Positions 26,473 through 39,451 of a DNA stretch of 64,000 nucleotides are shown here, one piece after another. This DNA comes from Chrysomallon squamiferum (taxonomy: Eukaryota > Animalia > Mollusca): assembly GCA_012295275.1 (NCBI GenBank), contig CM022665.1, forward strand, positions 8,122,001 through 8,186,000, given 5' to 3'. The stretch's first letter is position 1, and every line of letters begins with the position of its first letter. The translations under genes and the position numbers were made by a program. A model generated the notes under the pieces. That model searched no databases. It worked only from the letters and a program-made list of their open reading frames with translations, and was not told where the DNA came from.

Positions 26473-28518
26473 TCATACCAAGCACGCCATCCAAGTTACC
26501 TCTACCCTATAGAGGCGTGTGTTGTACCAACCATCGCAGGTGAGAATAAACCCCAAGTTCGATCGTTTCACTACTCGAACTCCAGCACGAGTATTGTATT
26601 TGTAACTGACGTCCAACTGAGTTATCCCCAGTGATATTACAGGACGGCGAACAAAAGGTTTGGCGAAACGAACCTCGCGTTTTTGTGGCCATTTTCCGTA
26701 AGAGAAAGGATAATTCATGAACATCACTTGACCAGACTCACCTGAAAATAATATACATATCGTATACTTCTCGTTATTGTTATTTTCTATTTAAAATTAT
26801 ATAATTACATTTAGTGAAATAGGCTCGATAAATATTATTGAAAATTATATGTAGGACATGTCACCGAATTATAACTTATTTCTTTTTAATGTATTCATGG
26901 ACATTTATTTATTTCAAATATGTAAATTACTTGAATTGTTTTAAAATTAGATGCACATCAACCCTGTGTGAAACTGAAGATACACCCTGTTAATATTTGT
27001 TACAATAACTGTTTAAACGAAATTAATATCATTATTGCCAGAATAAAAACTGGAACGAAAAAAAAAAATCAATGTAGATAAATCGTGCCTATGCATTTCA
27101 GTGTCTATCTTTCTGCTATTCATACAAACAAATATTATTTTAAATTAATTATTATTTTCTTCTTTTGGAGGCATAGGGGAAGTGTACATATACTGAACCC
27201 TCTAATTTCTGGCCTTCATTGTTCAGTCCAGGTGGAATCATTGAAGATCAGTCTAGTCGAAGTTGATAGATGTTAGATGCCCTAAGACCCTCGCAAAATA
27301 AAAAAGTTTAACTTATAAAAACTCCAAGTTTTATGGACCAAATAAAAAATATCGACAAAGGTTCAGTATATTGAACCCTATTGGTTCTTAAACTGAACCG
27401 GGGGTTCAACATAAGGACAAAGTGATTCACTCAAGGGAATTCCAAGTATCCTTTGTAAATTACATTTTCAATAAATTATCTTTCTAACTGAGACTCCTGC
27501 ACCATAGAAATGATGTAGATTTAAAACTAGGGTTAGAAAAATAAAAAAGAAGGAAGGAATAAACATCAGTTCAAAATAACAGATTCATTGTGTCAGTTAT
27601 ATTGTCCAGATCCTCATATAAGCTAAAGCTTTCCAACATATGATTCGTCATTTTTGATCGCAGCATATCTGACTTTGTCAACTCGGAAGTCAAATGGATG
27701 TCTATCCTCAGATCTGGCGGTATTTCGAAGATGTGGTGTCTGGGTGTTTACGGCTCTGTTGAAGCATCGGCCATCCGGATTGGTTATTATTAGTTTCGAA
27801 GAGATAAAAGAGACATTAGTGTTGCTACTGTCGGGTCAATGTGGCGCACGGTGCTCTTCTCTCTGGGACTACGACTCACAGTCTGTATTTTCAGGTTCGG
27901 AATCTTTATTTACGGATTCGGGCGGAGCACAGTGCTGTTCAGGTTCAGCTTGGTTGTCAAGTTCGGTAGTGTTGTTGCTGTCGCCACGATTACGATGCAA
28001 AGACTATGTCCTAACCTACAAATACGTAATATCCTACATATGTACCTATACACCTACAAAAATAGCAAAAAGTGACATTTACATGGGCAAATCACGTTTT
28101 TTCCTCACCTTTTTCGCATCGGTTCATCTTCCGCTATCATTAATATCATAAAATGCACGATACGGACCGAGGTATCACACGGTTGTGGCAAAACACCTTT
28201 CAGTCATACAAAGGTTGAGAAATGCTATAGGTTCGGTATAGATACAGGTTCATTATACGTACACTTCCCCTAATTTTGCTGCCCAACCTCTGGCGAACAT
28301 AGATTACTTCGATCGAAAAAACTTGCCAGTCAGGCAGTTAAACTCATCGGCTTTACCCTTTGTCGAAGACATATCAAAAATTGTTTTTTTTATTCATACT
28401 TAAATTCCTTCTGAAACTGTATGATACTTACATTTAGCACTTTCCACTTTCTTGAGACGCTTTTTCATTCCTGGACAACAAAAAATGAATAATAATAATA
28501 ATAATAAAAAAAAAAAAA

Positions 28519-28551
<33 letters not shown>

Positions 28552-30627
28552 AATAAATAAAACAAACTAATATAATTTTTAAAGTTGCAAATCTTTTAGA
28601 TGTCATTCATCTTAGACAGTTGTATTTTGTAAATTAAAGGGAGATGCAATGTTTTGATGTGCGTGGCACTAATACAGCAACTGCGTAGTCGCGCACCCGC
28701 GCACATAAGGGGAACATAGGCGCTGGTTAAAGGGAACCTTCAATGAAATGTTCATTCAGTTTTTTAATGTATATTCTTTAATAATTTCTATAAAAATAAT
28801 AATCGAATTATTTGGTCTGACTTGTACAAACCACATTCGTCATTGTTTTATTTTGAAAACATTAAGTCAGTTTGAAAAACAAGGAAGAAATAGAAAGAAA
28901 CGAGATGTATATTTCATTTAAATAGTTACCTGAGAGTTTATTTGAAAGTCGAGTTATGATTCTGTCGGTTTCGTTTGATATGCGACCATTGCTTCCGGTA
29001 AAGTGTGTCTGGTTCAGAATGGTCTTGATTTGTACAACTTCTAATTGCAGTGATTCCGTCTTTCTAGCCAACGAATCGACCTGCCGACTAGTTTTACCAT
29101 AGGAGTGTATTGCTTGTTTCACAGACATTTCAAGGTTATTCAAGTGTGATATGTTTTGCTGGGCGTCTATAAAAGAAATGTTGTCACTTTGCCTTTAGAA
29201 AAATATACCAGTGAAAGTGAACCACAAAAGAGTAGGCTATGGAATATCTTTCTTTCTTTGTTAATTATCTTTAATCCAGTAAAATTATGTCTTTGAAGAT
29301 AATACAAATAATATCAATCAATACTAGTTTTTCATTAAATTCTGTTTTGTAAAAATATATTTTAAAGAAACATATAAAAGGGATACATAATTACTTTTTT
29401 TTTTTATGAATAACCTTTCATTCATGCAATAAAAAGCTTTTATAAAATATTTTTGAAATTTGCTTAAAGAATTGGGGATTTTATATCTAGTAATGTATTT
29501 ATTGATATCAAACATCTGAAAAGAAAATATTCCTGGTTGTTATTTTAGATTAAATAAACAAATTCATGCTGATATTTAGCGCGTGAATATTTGCATGCAT
29601 GAATATAATATCAAGCTTGCTAAAATACAAATACAGTGGATTAAGATGTAAAAGACTTACTTGATAATGCAGCGGATACAAGGGAACTATTTGTCTGTAG
29701 TTTGCTGATATCTTTGCTTTGGGTAGTTAGAACACTATTTGTCTCCATTATGGCTGTCAAAAGCTCCTCTTTGGTGTCCACGATTTCTTGTCGGGTTTCA
29801 GCGAACTGTTTCTGAACAGTGGACACTTCTTCCATGACGAGTCCTATATCACCACGAAGGCGACTCTGTTCTTGTTTTGAGCTATCCACAGATTCTTTTA
29901 AAAGCTGCAGAGTAGCCTCTACTTCCTCCACTTTAGATGTTAAACTTGAATATTCAGAACTGAAAGGATCTGGCGGGAAAACAAACTCAGAGTTTTCATC
30001 ATAATTCTCGTCTGCAAAATAATGATGATTTAATAATAATAATAATAAAATAGATTCATTACACTTGTTCGCAGTTATTTTTAACTCGTTTTTCAAATAA
30101 TTTAAAATATTCTTTTCTGCCATTTTGCTGTAATGATTCGCAGAATTAATTTTATATGTTAAAGATATAATATGTTACTTTGTCTTCCTTTTAATTTTCC
30201 TGTAAACAGCAAATTATTTAAACATAACAAAATATAAGAATTTAAGAAAAAGAATTAAAAATCTATTAATCATACTTATCTCATCACCTCCTCCTGTTGT
30301 AAACTTAGGCTGGAACGGTATTTCAGCAGGTTTTTCAAATTTCTTGTCATTTACTTCGCAAAATGCTTCCAGATTTTGAATTCTTTGTAATATGTCACCT
30401 AAAATTAGACCTTCAATAACACCCTTAGGATTAAACAAACTACTTTCTTCGTTAAAGTCTGCTAAATCTGGCGGCAAGTCGAATCCATGAATAGAAGTAC
30501 CTTCGAGATCCTCTGGTTTAGGGGAAGTATCTTCAAAATCATCCAAATGTTGTCCATATGAAACGGGCACATGGCACAAAACAGACAGCACAATACTTAC
30601 TAAACATACACCCATCATGGTGCACAT
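26473..30627 (-). CDS. Secreted coiled-coil protein with C-terminal H-type lectin domain (~415 aa)
   Basis: Exons 30627-30276, 30011-29661, 29166-28930, 28470-28432, 26741-26473; all introns phase-1 GT-AG. Signal peptide MMGVCLVSIVLSVLCHVPVSYG, then a heptad-rich middle. The last exon CESG...VRFAKPFVRRPVISLGITQLDVSYKYNTRAGV...GFILTCDGWYNTRLYRVEVTWMAC fits the H-lectin (HPA/discoidin) pattern V.F..PF...P.V..G...LD....N.R...GF....W..T.LY...V.W.A. Confidence 0.88.
27176..28270. mobile_element. Non-autonomous TIR DNA transposon (1.1 kb, TA target duplication; Tc1/mariner-pogo-like) in last intron of lectin gene
   Basis: TA-GGGGAAGTGTACATATACTGAACC (27176) and GGTTCATTATACGTACACTTCCCC-TA (ends 28270) match at 22/24. 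CpG-rich interior, subterminal GGTTC/GAACC repeats, and a stop-interrupted minus-strand frame at about 27625-28005. Confidence 0.8.
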
Positions 30628-30698
30628 GCAGTTAGAAACTGTGTAGGAGTGTGGATGATCACAAAAAATAAGATATATGCTAAGCATTTATTTGAACT

Positions 30699-30706
30699 TA
30701 TTTATA
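30699..30706 (-). promoter_or_regulatory. TATA box of the lectin gene
   Basis: TATAAATA on the minus strand about 70 nt upstream of the first in-frame ATG (30627). Confidence 0.45.
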
Positions 30707-31719
30707 TTATGACATTTGCACAGCATGCCTATGTTACAGTATATCCTTTTTCTGTTTGTTCTGTCTGATATTTCAGTTCACAGAAATCTCCCTAACTTGA
30801 TTATTTTGATAACTACTTTTATTTCTTTCTTTTCTTTTTATATTTGGCATCGTTTTGCTTGTTGTATATCGTTTGAAACACTCTTGAGAACTGGTTTGAT
30901 ACTTTGATAACGGCACACAGAGATTACCTACACCATTTTCCATCTGTGCTTGCAACTCAAATCAGTGTTTTTGAATAACACGGTGATCGACTGACATCAT
31001 AAACCCGAGACGCAAATCATCAGTATGATGCCACAAATGCTGGTTGTTGTGGAATTTTAGCGGCTCTTCGCGGTAATCGAATATCAAATCGCTCCCTGAG
31101 AGAATTTGCACCTGCTAGCTTTTCATGCAGGTGTTGATGTTATCATCTCTTTTTAATCGAAAACTGTGTCAGCTATAAATGTAAATGGTGATGTTGGCAA
31201 GCAGCAATGCATTTATACGTGTCGTGCTTGAAAAATTACCGCATTAACTCACGTATAAGCGGAACACCAAAGATTGTCTTAAAAATCAGTAGATAATTAA
31301 TTTTATTAAATATATATTGGAATAAATATAATGTAATTAATCTTGATTAATAATAATTTTATAGTAATGACGTAAAGCTTAGTATATTATTTAGAAATAT
31401 TTTATTAAATGCACAATCATCAGTGAAGTTGACAAAATAGGCTCCAGGAATGATATTCCCTTTTGCTTTTTTTTTATTTTTATTTTTTCAAATATATTTA
31501 TGGAATTCAAATTCTGAAAGTACGAATTATACATCAGTAAATACGGTAACTCTTAAACGTTTGCTTCACCTATATTCATTTGACATAAAGAAGGCACTGA
31601 ATGTGAGTGAGTGTACGTGAGTGCCAGTGCTGTAAACCGAAACTGTTGTATGGGAAAATATTTTTTAAAGTATTAATAACTGGAGAGCCGATCAGCAGGA
31701 AGCTACGATAGTGAAAACT

Positions 31720-31755
<36 letters not shown>

Positions 31756-31793
31756 CCCCACCAAAACACGCACACACAAAGCAACAATGAAAT

Positions 31794-31795
<2 letters not shown>

Positions 31796-31839
<44 letters not shown>

Positions 31840-31850
31840 CTACTACTACT
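31796..31850. repeat. (AC)n followed by (TAC)n microsatellite
   Basis: About 21 AC units, then about 4 TAC units. Confidence 0.95.
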
Positions 31851-33125
31851 TTAAGACTATTTATATGCTTGTTAAAATAACTCAGATTTTTTTATTCACA
31901 GGTTTGAAAATCGAATCTGAACAGGAAGCAAAGATAATTTTTTGAAAGAAGTGTCGGGAAAATTTTGGACTTTTAAGATAGTGCCTGGAAATACCATAAA
32001 AATTATTGTTTTTATTATTTTATTTTATTTCATTTTATTTTTATTGCCTTTATTGATCATGAGAAATTTTGTAATGTTAAACATTTACTAGTGGCCTGTT
32101 AACAAACGTTAAGAATGCTGTTCAATTATTCCAGTTATGTGATTGTACCAAATTTAATTTTTTTACAAAATTCACTCGAACCTATACCACCATGTTTATA
32201 TAAAAATCGAATTTAACATATAATAATAATGATGATGACGACGACGATGGTGATGAATAATTAAAAAGTACAAATAAGTAATTTTTATTTTATTTTTATT
32301 TTTCCCCAGAGAATTCCTGTAAGTAAATTGAAGTAACAGTTAAAAATGATCTTTTGATTCTAAGAAATGAGAACGATGACTTACTAAGAAATAATGGTAC
32401 GAAATGTAAACGAAGATTGTTAACATATTAATTTTTATAATTATAATTAGAAATATTTTAATTAAAAATCTCGTTTAGTATTAAAAATATCTAGAACCTC
32501 TTCTGAACAAGTGAATCGAACACGTCTATGTATATAGTCAGTTTCGTAGAAATCTGTTTCACGTGACATTCAAGGAAAAAAAGTGATTACAGTAAGTATT
32601 ATGTCAGGCTTGTTTCTGCAAGAAGGGTGCGTAATTATTTTTAAAACAATATATTTTGTGACATATCTTTTAGTATAAATCCTTTGTAATTATTTTTCAA
32701 ATTAAAAAAAAACAATAAATAAATAAATAAAAAAACCGGGAAAGCAAAATGTTTGATTATTTGTCGCCTTATTTAAGTTGCAAAACAATATAATTATGTA
32801 TTTCATTCTGTAAACTTGTACAGTTTTTATTGTAAATGGTGAAAATTATAATATTTAATTTTACACCCACCCACCCACCACCCAACACACAATAAAGTAT
32901 TTTCAAAAGATCGAACTACATTTTTACACTTTTAAAATAAACTTAGAGTTTTATATGTATCTGTTGTGTTTCATGATCCAAAAATGCTCCAGTAACTTTA
33001 TTTATAATAACATTTAAGTATATCAAAGTTATTTATTTTTCTGTTTGGTTTTTTCTTTTTTAATTTATTACTTATTTCCTTTCATTTTTAAGATAACGGA
33101 AAGTAGAACATGTCTGTAATGATTT

Positions 33126-33162
33126 TTCACGGAAAGGTTTGTTTCACTTTCGATTCCAAGAA
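33126..33162 (+). promoter_or_regulatory. GAS-ISRE-GAS composite element at putative RNF213-like promoter
   Basis: TTCACGGAA (33126-33134), GTTTCACTTTCGATTCC (33141-33157) and TTCCAAGAA (33154-33162). Lies just upstream of a candidate non-coding first exon ending at 33251 (G|GTAAAT). Confidence 0.6.
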
Positions 33163-34912
33163 ATGGTCGCCATCATAAATTGAAAGCAATATAAAAGAAG
33201 GCTCTAGAAAGGGTTTCGTAATTATGTTAGCAGTTGGCCATGACTTAAAGGGTAAATAATCTGATAATAGTTAATTCTTATTAATAATCTGTAAAGTAAA
33301 CTAGTACATTTTTAATGTCATAACGATAGTAAACTTACACAAATAATTTGTAAATGATAATAATATTTAAAAAAATAATGAAAGTAACAGTAGTAGTATT
33401 TCATTTTATGACATAGCTAGCCTGTTTAAATGCAAAAAGAAGTGAGGAATTATGCAATATGACTATTAAATTTGTTTAGATATAAGGATTTGTAAGAAAA
33501 GAAAACTGTCGTAAAAAAAAAAAAAAAAAAAAACTTGAAAAAGAAACAATTGGATAATTTATCATTTGCTTCTTACAAAACCTGCAAACACAATAATTAT
33601 GTTGCTCTAGAATATAGTAGATACTGGCCACAATTTTTGTTGGAAGAAAATCCACTAACTGAATGTACTAATACTGCTGTTGAAAAGGTCAAGATGACAT
33701 TACTCTAACTAATATTGATAATGGAGTTTGGTATCATTTTCAATTCAAAATCACCACAGTGAAGTTTGATGCAGTTCACACCTGACATCTGAAATGACGA
33801 CCTTTTTTTTTTTCTTCATTCAAAATGACTAGGGTGACATCAAAATATTTCTGCTTTAATAGTCAGTACAGGATTAGGAATCCTCATGTAATTATAAAAA
33901 GGCCAAGAATCCTCTGAACAGCTCAGATGAAATAATGTAAGGATGTTGCTGGTTGTTTGCTAGAGCTCTGATAATGTCCTTTCTTGGCTGTTTCTGGCTA
34001 ATATACTTAGGCCACATAAAAAATATGCTTGTTTAGTGTCTACCCATTTACATTTTTCCAGGTAGGAGGTTTTTATTATTATTTTATTTTTTTATTTTGC
34101 ATGTAGAATGGCAGTGTGCAGCTATTCAGGGTCAAAAGGCATGACAAGAAGTATTTGTGCAAAAAACCTACTAAAATTGCTAGAAATATTTACTGGCATC
34201 AGTTGAAAATTGCTATCTATCCCCATTTCAGCACAGATAATAAAAATAACTAAAATTATTATTAAATAAACAGATTAGCCAACCCAAAAAAAAATAAATA
34301 AAAAATAACAGCCTAGAAAAAGTCCATGTAGCTGGGGACTGTGACCATAATAAGAAAATGTTGAAACAGTGTAATAAAATTTATTATACTTTCAAGTTGT
34401 ATTGTTTTGGACATCCTATTATTGCTCAGCCAGGACTGAAACTGAAGCTTATGAAATTGACATCAGTATTTTATTTCCTTGGACTTGTAGTACAAATTTT
34501 GTACCTCAAAAACATCTCAACATTACTAACATTTTTACTTCATTTTAAATGCAAAGGACAAACATTTGTTTCCAACATTAACTAATATTCTAGATGATTT
34601 TTGTTTCAAGACAAAAAGAAAACAAAATACAATTCAAATTCAGTGACAATCACAAAAATAAAAAATATCTTTATCAAAGCATCATGGTATTCTGGTTAAG
34701 TTTTTATTTTTGTTTATTTATTTTTAATTTTTTAATTTTTAAAATTTTTAAAAAAATAAAATAAAAAAGAAAAGCTGATGTTCTTAAAAAAAAATAATAG
34801 TAAAAAAAAAAAAGAAGAAAAAAATTAGATAGAAAGAAAGAAAATTAACTAATGAAATAATTATAACTTTACCACATGCTGACTTTTCAGTTATGTGACA
34901 GATAGGAGTTGA

Positions 34913-34965
<53 letters not shown>

Positions 34966-35969
34966 AAAAAAATGCATTCCACAAAGAATTCAGAATTAGA
35001 ACAATATTTTCACATCATTTTTAAATAGAAAGAAAAACATTGGTTTTCATTATCAACTAATATGATAGATGTATTTCATGTCCAGAAAAAATCTCCAATA
35101 CAAATGCAGTGATAATCGCAGAATTAAAAAGAATCTTTATCAAAGTATCATAATATTCTGGATAAGTTTTTTATTTTTATAAAATGTTTTTTCAAACAAA
35201 GGACCTCGTTCTACAACTATGAATTTCAAGTATTTGTGTTGAGTACAATTTAATTTTTACATGTTCATTTAAATACACCATTAAATTATGGAGAAGGAGA
35301 GAGTTAAAAAATGTAAATTTTCAGAATGCTGCTCTTAAGATCTACCTTTGGTGGCAGGAAGAAATATATTTTGTATATCTACAAGTTAAAAGTCGGAGTG
35401 GTTTACTCTAAACTTTCTTCAAATGTTTTCAGGAAAGCTGTACATGACGAAGTTGCTACTCTTGTTGTAAGTGGGTAAAATGGTAGTGTTAGATGTTGCT
35501 TTACAGTATTATTTTAACAGACAATAAACCTGGAAGTATAAAAAAAATAATTATTGGACCATTGATTTGTACCGCTTAAGTACATTTCAGTGTACATATG
35601 TCAACATTCAGTAAACAATTTTATAATGTTTTGTGTTACATTTTTGTTAGTTTAGTTTAAGTTCTTTATGAGACATATAATTTGTTTTGCATTTTCATTC
35701 TTCAGTGTTAAAATGTTAAAGTTGTGCTAAAGTGTCTTTTAAAAGTCCTCATCAAAAGTAACCAACAATATTAATTTGATCTACTTGTATGTAACAGTTT
35801 GTAAAAAACAGAATACTATGGTGATACTGTTTTAATTTTAGTTTAATTACATTTATTGAATGTTAATTTGCTTTGGTTTTTCAAAATCATAAATGATATT
35901 ATGCATGCATAACACACACACACACACACATTTTATTCTGTATTTTATTAAAAAATGATTGTGAAATTG

Positions 35970-36000
<31 letters not shown>

Positions 36001-36215
36001 GATATGGTATTTCAGAAATTAAAAAAGTAATAATATTTATAAAAGTAATTATTTTTTTGGTTTTGTATAAATTTTTGTTAACTAAAAGGTATATTGCTAA
36101 CTTTGTACATACAGTTTTTGCAGCTGTTATCTGAATTTTATTAATATGCACTAGCTCTGAGTGAGATGTTAATTATTGTGATTTATAGTATATCATTATT
36201 TAAAATTATTAGGTG

Positions 36216-39200
36216 ATGTCACAAAAAAGAAGAGTAGATTTAGATAATGATCAAGATAGTCCTCAATTAAAGAGACTTATGATGGATGTCGATGCAAATA
36301 CATCTGTTTCGTCTAACAAAGATGGACAGAACTTTGAGCCTTCTGAGATGCAACCAGAAGGTAAGCACATGGCAATAAAATTATTAACATAAGAATTTTA
36401 GATAATCGGAGGTCACATTAGAATTCATTCATCCACATAGAAAGTAGATTCAGATGAAAGCTCACCATAAAACCAGATAATAAAACTGTCTTATTTTATT
36501 TCACAAAGGTATTTCAGGTTTTTTTTTTTTAATTCCATTATTTCATTATCACCATCCCTAAGTCCATAGCACAGGATTTTCTATTAATTTTTTTTTTTTT
36601 TTTTCAATAAACCTAGTGGTAATTTACTTGAGTCCAGTGTTAAATGTTTTTTTTTTTTTTTTTTTTTTTTTTTTTGAAATGGTACATGGTTTTATTGACC
36701 TTACAACATTTATGTAATTTGTGTCATCTGTCTCAACTGAGATATGAAAACAAATTCTTAAGCTCTTATTTCCAGACAAATACAGATTCATTGGTTTTGA
36801 TAATAGACTGATGGAAATAAACTTATTCAGAAGCAGATGCTGTCACTAGCTTGCTTTTAAAAAAATAAAACATTAAATTTCCCATTAAATTGACTTGACA
36901 AAACTTGATTTTATAAAACAGAATTTATACACTGTTTTCATAGAATATATTTATAATATATGTATGATGAGATGAAAAATGGAGGCATATCTGTTAAACA
37001 GTGTTAGTGTATGCACATACACACATGCACAAAAGCACATGCTCATACTCACACATACACACATACTCATATATAATGGTCATACCCTTAAAAATAGGAC
37101 CCATCACTAAAACTGGAAATCCTTTAAAACATTATGTTTTATCCAGTCCCATGATTTTAACACTAAAATTCATCCCTCTGAACCAGAGTAAAAGAATATT
37201 TGTACCTCCAGGGGAATGAATATTTGTCCCCCTGTTCATGGAAGAACTGTTAGTTCTGCATGCTTTAAGTTATAGAAGTAAGGTGTCTTTTTCAGACTCA
37301 GATGACAATACATTTCTTAAAACTGATTTTCCTCACTATTTTCATGCCAGTGTATTAACTGTTCTCAATATTTTGTTAATTGGAAATAAAATTAGAAAAA
37401 TAAAGTCATAAGCTGCAAAAGGATGGGGTGGGGTGGGGGCAAATTATCCAGGCCTGAGTAACTTTCCTTTAAACTACTTATTTTTCTAATGTGAAATAAT
37501 AAATAAATGAGAATGCATATTCAGTAGAATAATATACTTTTATTACAAATATATGTACAGGGTGAGAATATATATGAGAATAAAGACACAAACTTATTCA
37601 GTGATTGCTGGTTCTACAAAGAAATTCAGTACTGCTATTTAGTGCCAAAGACTTATGCTTTTGAATATGGTGATAAGCTCTTTGATAAATCCAACCATCA
37701 AAACTTGTCCAGGGAAAACATTATTTTCAAACTGATATTTTTGTCTCCAAATTACATCAGAATGCACCAGTTTTTCAAACTCTTCTGAGTGGGAGTGCCA
37801 CCGAACCCCCCCCCCTCCAGCAGGACTTGGTATCTATGGTGTTCATCTTCTCAACATTTGCCACCAGTTGCTGACCTGTTCTTCAGAAATGATAAAATTG
37901 GATCCTTAAAAGGTATAGGTACAGGTGTTAACTCACTGGATGTTGTCTGGGCTTATATGTTTTGTAAAAGTGACATTTTTAACAATATGGACAGTAGTTT
38001 TTATAGTCATATATGTTGTGTCACTTGTTTTTCCAATGAAAAAATAGCTTTTTATAGTCATCACATTTTCTGCCAGGTAAAATATCCTTCTGATAAATCA
38101 TCATGATGGACAGATTGTAGGACTTTGACCACTTACACTGGGGAAGCATCAACAGAATAACTGAATAAGACTGACTTGATTGTTGCAAAGTTAGATTAAA
38201 TGATTGTGATTATGAGCAGCAAAGAAACTAGGAATTTAATTCATTTTTCCAATTATCTAAACCCTTTTTTTTTTTTTTTTTTTTATACTTTCGTTTTTAA
38301 TTTTTTTTTTTTTTTTATCTTTGCTCAGTTTATGTAATAAAATAAAGAGTAACCAAGAATAACATTTTTGGCTTTGTTTGGTGTGGACATGTGCATGCAC
38401 ACGTGTATGAATATAATACATATATGTATGTGAGTGTATGTTTATATCCATCTTTATGTTTTGTGTGTGTGTGTCTCTGTGTCTGTATACATGTTTGTAT
38501 GTAAGTATTTTATTTTTCAGGAGTCCATTTTAAATACTGCATTTCTTGCCAGAATAAAATGTCAGTCACTGATAAATGTTGTAAAACCTGTGGATCACGA
38601 TCTGAAGGGATAGTGGATGATCATTTAAGAATTAGGTGTCCAGGAAAAGATAAACAGTGTGGAAATCAATTGAACTGTGAAGATAAACTGTGCTCTGAGT
38701 GTGGTTTTGAGGTTGATTCATCTCTGTTTGGAGCCACAGAAAAGTTAAGAGATAATGCAGGTAAAGACAAAAAAACTGAAATTGAAGAAGGTATTACATT
38801 TTGTATTAAGTTTCAAATAAATGGCAAATGTAAAATATATATCTGCTCTAAATAAGATGAACATTATTTCCTTTTTGGGAATATTATGTATATTATTATT
38901 TTATGCTGCGGCAAAGAACCTGATCAATTATAAAAACAAAAATTATATAATTTAATTGTTAGGGAAGATTTTTATTATTTTTATTTTATTTGATCTGTTA
39001 TTTTACTGGAACTGAAGAATGTTTCTAAAAATTATAGGTTCATAGTTCATCAAGGTAAATGTTGATATACAATTACCTTTATCTCGTGATTATGTATGTA
39101 TATGTATATGCATAAATGAATTTTTATTGTAATTTTTTTATGACAAACTAATATTTTAAGTTCTTATATAAAATTATATCCAAAATATAAAATGTTAAAT

Positions 39201-39354
39201 TTTGTTTACCAGAAACAAATATATTCAGATAAGTTCAAAATATAAATTAGTTAGTAAATTTCATATTGTAACTTAATAAATTGCAAAAGATTTTATTATT
39301 TAATTTTTGTTTGATGTTGAATTATTAATTTATTTGATTCTTGGACATTGCTAT

Positions 39355-39394
<40 letters not shown>

Positions 39395-39405
39395 ATAAAA
39401 TAAAA

Positions 39406-39451
<46 letters not shown>

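Noticed and set aside
27654-28151. 165-aa and 78-aa plus-strand ORFs
   Set aside because: They lie inside the TIR element, have no recognisable motifs and lack gene context.
34638-35178. ~75-bp diverged direct repeat (about 34638-34710 and 35103-35178)
   Set aside because: Real, but only two degenerate intronic copies; an ordinary local duplication with no array or spacer structure.
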